Shown here one piece after another: positions 32,015-35,217 of a stretch of 35,217 nt of DNA. Source of the stretch: Candidatus Aminicenantes bacterium (GTDB lineage: Bacteria; Acidobacteriota; Aminicenantia; Aminicenantales; Aminicenantaceae); the NCBI GenBank assembly GCA_030620655.1, contig JAUXEH010000001.1, positions 1 to 35,217 on the forward strand, in the 5' to 3' direction. The notes under the pieces were generated by a model, which saw only the letters and a program-made list of their open reading frames with translations, searched no databases and was not told the DNA's origin. The first letter of the stretch is position 1. Each line of letters begins with the position of its first letter. The position numbers and the translations under genes were made by a program.

Positions 32015-35000
32015 ATGAAAAAAATCGGCCTCATTTTTTGGCTTCTGTTATGGGTGTGGTTTTCATCCGGGGCAGCCCTGTATGCGGAGCGGCTCGACTG
32101 TCTTTCCCAGGTCTTTCTCACAGGAAAAGGCCTGCGGGATACGGACAAGGATGGATACGCCGACACTCCCGCTCTGCTGATCATTGTTCCGGACAACCCC
32201 AACGCCCATGAATCTGCTGTGGCCGGAGACCTGGCCGCACGCCTCAACCTGGAGTCCCTGGCTGTGGATTTTTCCTGTGTCCGGCAGGAGTCCGGATTCG
32301 AAGAGTCAGATCTCAAGAAAATCCCTGTCCTCATAGGGTCTCGCCTGGAACGGATCGCGAAACTGGCCCGGGACGGGCGGCTCCCGATCGACACGTTGGG
32401 AGAGCATCAGGGGCTCGTTTGGGTGTATGAGCAGGAGGGCCGCTCGGGGCTGGCCCTCGTGGCCGGCTCCGACCGGGCACTGCTGCAGACCGGACGCGCC
32501 TTTTTCCTGCGCTGGCCCTACCTGTGGGACATCTGGGGCCGGAAAGAAGGCCAGACCTACATGTCCATTGCCAGAGACCTCGGCACCCTGCTCGAACAGG
32601 AAGGGATCCCGGAAGCCCGGATCCGCATCACATCCGCGCTTTATAACTTCCCTGCCCTGGAATCCTCCTTCGACGCGGTCAAACGGCTCCGCTTCAACAC
32701 CGGTGAGATCCGTGAACTCACAGTCCGCGTCGCCTTCGCCGACCGCGGGGCACAGCAGGAGGCGCGCATCCTGCTGACAACCCTCGCGGAACAGCACAGG
32801 CGCGGGGAGCGGTCCGAGCTTCTGAGCTATGCCGGCTGCGGCCGCATCGCCTTTGTCCTGGAATGGGAGGGGCAGGAGGAGAGGGTGGATCTGAATCGTA
32901 TGGGCTATCCCAAACGGATGCTCACGCCCGGTTACAAGTCTCCGAGCCGGGCCCGGGTGCCGGAAAAGGATTTCGATCTTTTGGATCTCTTCTCAACCAA
33001 AGCCGTGTACGCGGATATGGACCGGGACAGGATCCCGGACAGGATCATCTCCCGGATGATCATACCCTCGGAAGACGCCGCTCCGGAGATCGCCCAGCTG
33101 GCCACACGCCTGGTCCTGCCCACGGCCGGAGGATCCTTTCCCCTGATCTACCTGGACTCCGAGATCGAAGAACCCAAAGCCCTGGATACGCCCTTTCTGA
33201 TAGGAAAAAACAACACCCTGGTCAAGGAGCTGATTCGGACCGCCAGGCTGGTGCCTCTTCCACTCGAGTCAGGTCAGGCTTCCGTCCAGGTCGTATCCCG
33301 GGCATTCAACAAGTCCAATGCGGTGGTGGTGTATGGTGAGGGGGACTCAAGCGTGGGAAAGGCCCTCGAGTATTTCAGCCGCACGTTCCCCCACTTCACA
33401 CGATTCGAAGACGGTGCTCCCGGCCTGCAGGATATCCCCGATACCATCCACGAGCTCCTCCAGGGTAAAAAGGGAAGCGGCGAGGCCTACCTGTACCACC
33501 AGCTGAAGAAGACCGTAGAAACGCTCCGGGACAAAGCCCTGGAGTCTTTCGAGGTCAAACTGACCCTCCCCCGGCCCGATCCGGATTTCGAGGAGGCGAT
33601 TCGGAGCTTCCTGGAGGAAAATCTCCAGGCGGATCGGATCGAGCTCCGGACGATCGCGATGGAAGAAGAGAAGGTCATCTTCACCAAGAGCGAGGAGTTC
33701 GAATGGGAGGGGCAGCAGGCGCTCGACCTCCTGAGGCAGCATCTCACAGGGCTGGATAAAGCTGTGGGCCCTGTTTCCGTTAGCCTGGGACTCAGCGAAT
33801 CTCCTGAGGTCCGATCCCGCCTCGCAGCGGAGGTAAACACCCTCCTGCAGGAATTATCGCTCACGCCGGGGACCATCGAAGTGCTTTCCGCCTACAAGCA
33901 GGGCTTTTTCTGGCTCAAGGAGCGCGTCCTGCCCCGGATCGCCCGGCTCGACGGGCTGCACGGCATCACCGTCCGGTTCGCGGCTGCGGAGGATGACCTC
34001 ACGTCGCCCAAGCGCTTCTACAGCGATCCCTACCGCTGGCTGCAGGAGCTTTATCCTGTGGACGAGTTCATCGCCCAGGACACATCCCTCCCTATGGAGA
34101 GGATAGTGTTCGAGATCAAGGACGATCCGGATCCGGTCTATGAGGTGACGGCCACGAACGCAGAAGGGGACGTGCTGTTCCATGACGTGTTTACGCCTCG
34201 AACGCGGCGCATGCCCTATCTCCAGGCCCTGCCGGAATGGGGAGATGTGTGTGTGGCCACCGGCTGGCTGACGATCCGGGCCGGAGACCAAACAGTGGCG
34301 GACACGGATATCCGCAGCGATCTGGAACGATTCTGGGCCTTCTACCAGGAGGACGTCCTCAAGGAGGTCTACACCCATATACTGGAAAAGACCGGCAACC
34401 GCCCCTCGTTCGACCAGCAGCCCTATTTCAAGCGGCTTTCTGTCGAGCTGTGGCTGAGCGAGCCGGACTACCGGCTGGGCCTGGACGAGGAGGTCGTGAG
34501 CAGCCTGGAGGCGCTCCATGACGAACTCTATTTCGACACGCTGGACTTCCTGCGCGGGATAACGGAGATCGATCCGGCGGAAGGTGACATGATCCCGGAA
34601 GATTCCTTGCGCTACTCGGCCCCGGGCAACATCCTCCCCATTTTCCACCCCTCGCTCGAGGGGGAAAAGGGCCGGGTGGAGGTCACCTTCTCGGACTGGC
34701 AGGCGCGCACACCCCAGATGGAGGTGAGCTGGCAGGAACCCGGGCGGCACAAGAACAGCCGGAAGGTGGTGTTCCCGAAGATCAAGCCCAAGGCGGTCCG
34801 GGTTCCGGCCCTGGTTTATGACGGCGGAAAGGACCGCCTCGATCGGGTCTACGCCACGATCGAGATCGAGACGGAAAAGGAGTATCTGGCTCTGCTCGAC
34901 ATCCTGGAGAACATGGAACGGCTGCATGCCCGGGATCTGATCCCGGCCCTGGAGCTCCCCGGACTCGGTTCGCTGAAGGTCCGGATCAGGTTCGAAGACC

Positions 35001-35217
35001 TGACCAAGGAGACAGCACTCCCTGTCGCACCACTCTCCGAGGGGGAGGCCGCAGCCAGGAGTGTCCCCACGGACGAGATCATCTCACCCGAGATGTGCCT
35101 CGAGATCGCCCGCAGGCTATCCACAAATCCCGGGATCAAGAGTTATATCGCGGGGAGTTCCTATGAAGGGCGCGACATCCCGGTACTGGAAATATTTGCA
35201 CCCCTCGGCCCCTACAC
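32015..35217 (+). CDS. Large secreted protein, 3'-partial: about 1040 aa of unrecognised N-terminal domains followed by the start of an M14 (carboxypeptidase) domain
   Basis: I translated it by hand: 1067 uninterrupted codons from the ATG at 32015 to the window end, with frame checked at 32039, 33002, 34022 and 35102. Signal peptide MKKIGLIFWLLLWVWFSSGAALYA. Two DxDxDG-like acidic motifs (DTDKDGYAD, DMDRDRIPD). It ends ...IAGSSYEGRDIPVLEIF, the canonical entry motif of M14 peptidases. Not in the supplied track because it has no stop in the window. Confidence 0.8.
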   Translation, partial: MKKIGLIFWLLLWVWFSSGAALYAERLDCLSQVFLTGKGLRDTDKDGYADTPALLIIVPDNPNAHESAVAGDLAARLNLESLAVDFSCVRQESGFEESDLKKIPVLIGSRLERIAKLARDGRLPIDTLGEHQGLVWVYEQEGRSGLALVAGSDRALLQTGRAFFLRWPYLWDIWGRKEGQTYMSIARDLGTLLEQEGIPEARIRITSALYNFPALESSFDAVKRLRFNTGEIRELTVRVAFADRGAQQEARILLTTLAEQHRRGERSELLSYAGCGRIAFVLEWEGQEERVDLNRMGYPKRMLTPGYKSPSRARVPEKDFDLLDLFSTKAVYADMDRDRIPDRIISRMIIPSEDAAPEIAQLATRLVLPTAGGSFPLIYLDSEIEEPKALDTPFLIGKNNTLVKELIRTARLVPLPLESGQASVQVVSRAFNKSNAVVVYGEGDSSVGKALEYFSRTFPHFTRFEDGAPGLQDIPDTIHELLQGKKGSGEAYLYHQLKKTVETLRDKALESFEVKLTLPRPDPDFEEAIRSFLEENLQADRIELRTIAMEEEKVIFTKSEEFEWEGQQALDLLRQHLTGLDKAVGPVSVSLGLSESPEVRSRLAAEVNTLLQELSLTPGTIEVLSAYKQGFFWLKERVLPRIARLDGLHGITVRFAAAEDDLTSPKRFYSDPYRWLQELYPVDEFIAQDTSLPMERIVFEIKDDPDPVYEVTATNAEGDVLFHDVFTPRTRRMPYLQALPEWGDVCVATGWLTIRAGDQTVADTDIRSDLERFWAFYQEDVLKEVYTHILEKTGNRPSFDQQPYFKRLSVELWLSEPDYRLGLDEEVVSSLEALHDELYFDTLDFLRGITEIDPAEGDMIPEDSLRYSAPGNILPIFHPSLEGEKGRVEVTFSDWQARTPQMEVSWQEPGRHKNSRKVVFPKIKPKAVRVPALVYDGGKDRLDRVYATIEIETEKEYLALLDILENMERLHARDLIPALELPGLGSLKVRIRFEDLTKETALPVAPLSEGEAAARSVPTDEIISPEMCLEIARRLSTNPGIKSYIAGSSYEGRDIPVLEIFAPLGPY

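Noticed and set aside
32306-35139. Track ORFs on both strands inside the right-hand 3 kb, for example 33854-34927 (minus, 357 aa), 32863-33339 (plus), 33347-33742 (minus) and 32306-32797 (minus).
   Set aside because: All lie inside, or antisense to, the uninterrupted 1067-codon plus-strand frame starting at 32015. Their translations are Arg/Gly/Pro/His-rich low-complexity strings typical of off-frame reading of GC-rich genes, with no recognisable motifs.
1-35217. CRISPR arrays, IS elements, integrases, toxin-antitoxin pairs, restriction-modification genes or other known defence genes.
   Set aside because: I scanned the ORF products and the intergenic repeats. There are no regularly spaced direct repeats with unique spacers. 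There are no DDE, serine or tyrosine recombinase motifs. There are no nuclease, methylase or ATPase combinations typical of defence islands. The RHH protein at 3926 has no adjacent toxin-like partner.

Overview
GC-rich bacterial chromosomal window with about 30 densely packed genes. I found no transposase, integrase, phage gene or CRISPR array. Gene content from left to right: tRNA-Pro(CGG); a minus-strand HAD hydrolase / class-V aminotransferase / DUF362-ferredoxin operon; a small membrane protein; a ribbon-helix-helix protein; a secreted DUF4783-like protein whose stop overlaps the start of a 1289-aa orphan NtrY-type histidine kinase; a beta-barrel outer membrane protein; flavodoxin; methylmalonyl-CoA epimerase, MeaB and acyl-CoA dehydrogenase; a TRASH/YHS protein; a cupin; acylphosphatase; ThiD; an orphan ABC substrate-binding lipoprotein; DUF72; a 5'-truncated peroxiredoxin remnant beside a nest of hairpin repeats; a lexA / Y-family polymerase / dnaE2 operon; an SDR; an SDR-type threonine dehydrogenase convergent on kbl, which ends an nhaC-acpS-AMP ligase-carrier protein-kbl gene string; and a SpoIID/SPOR protein. 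The last gene is an open reading frame of at least 1067 codons (32015 to the window end) that ends in an M14 carboxypeptidase-like signature. It is missing from the supplied ORF track because it has no stop codon inside the window. The main non-coding signals are: (1) a 13-15 nt motif, CCTGGATTATTCACG, present at eight intergenic or gene-end positions on both strands; (2) a 127-bp three-tier hairpin with 22-bp perfect arms between the Y-family polymerase and dnaE2; (3) an 18-bp perfect palindrome over the -35 boxes of a divergent AT-rich promoter region; (4) a 12-bp tandem duplication at the lexA start. No classical defence or mobile system is recognisable. The candidates for novelty are the repeat family, the structured intergenic element inside the SOS cassette, and the carrier-protein module fused to a kbl-type alpha-oxoamine synthase.
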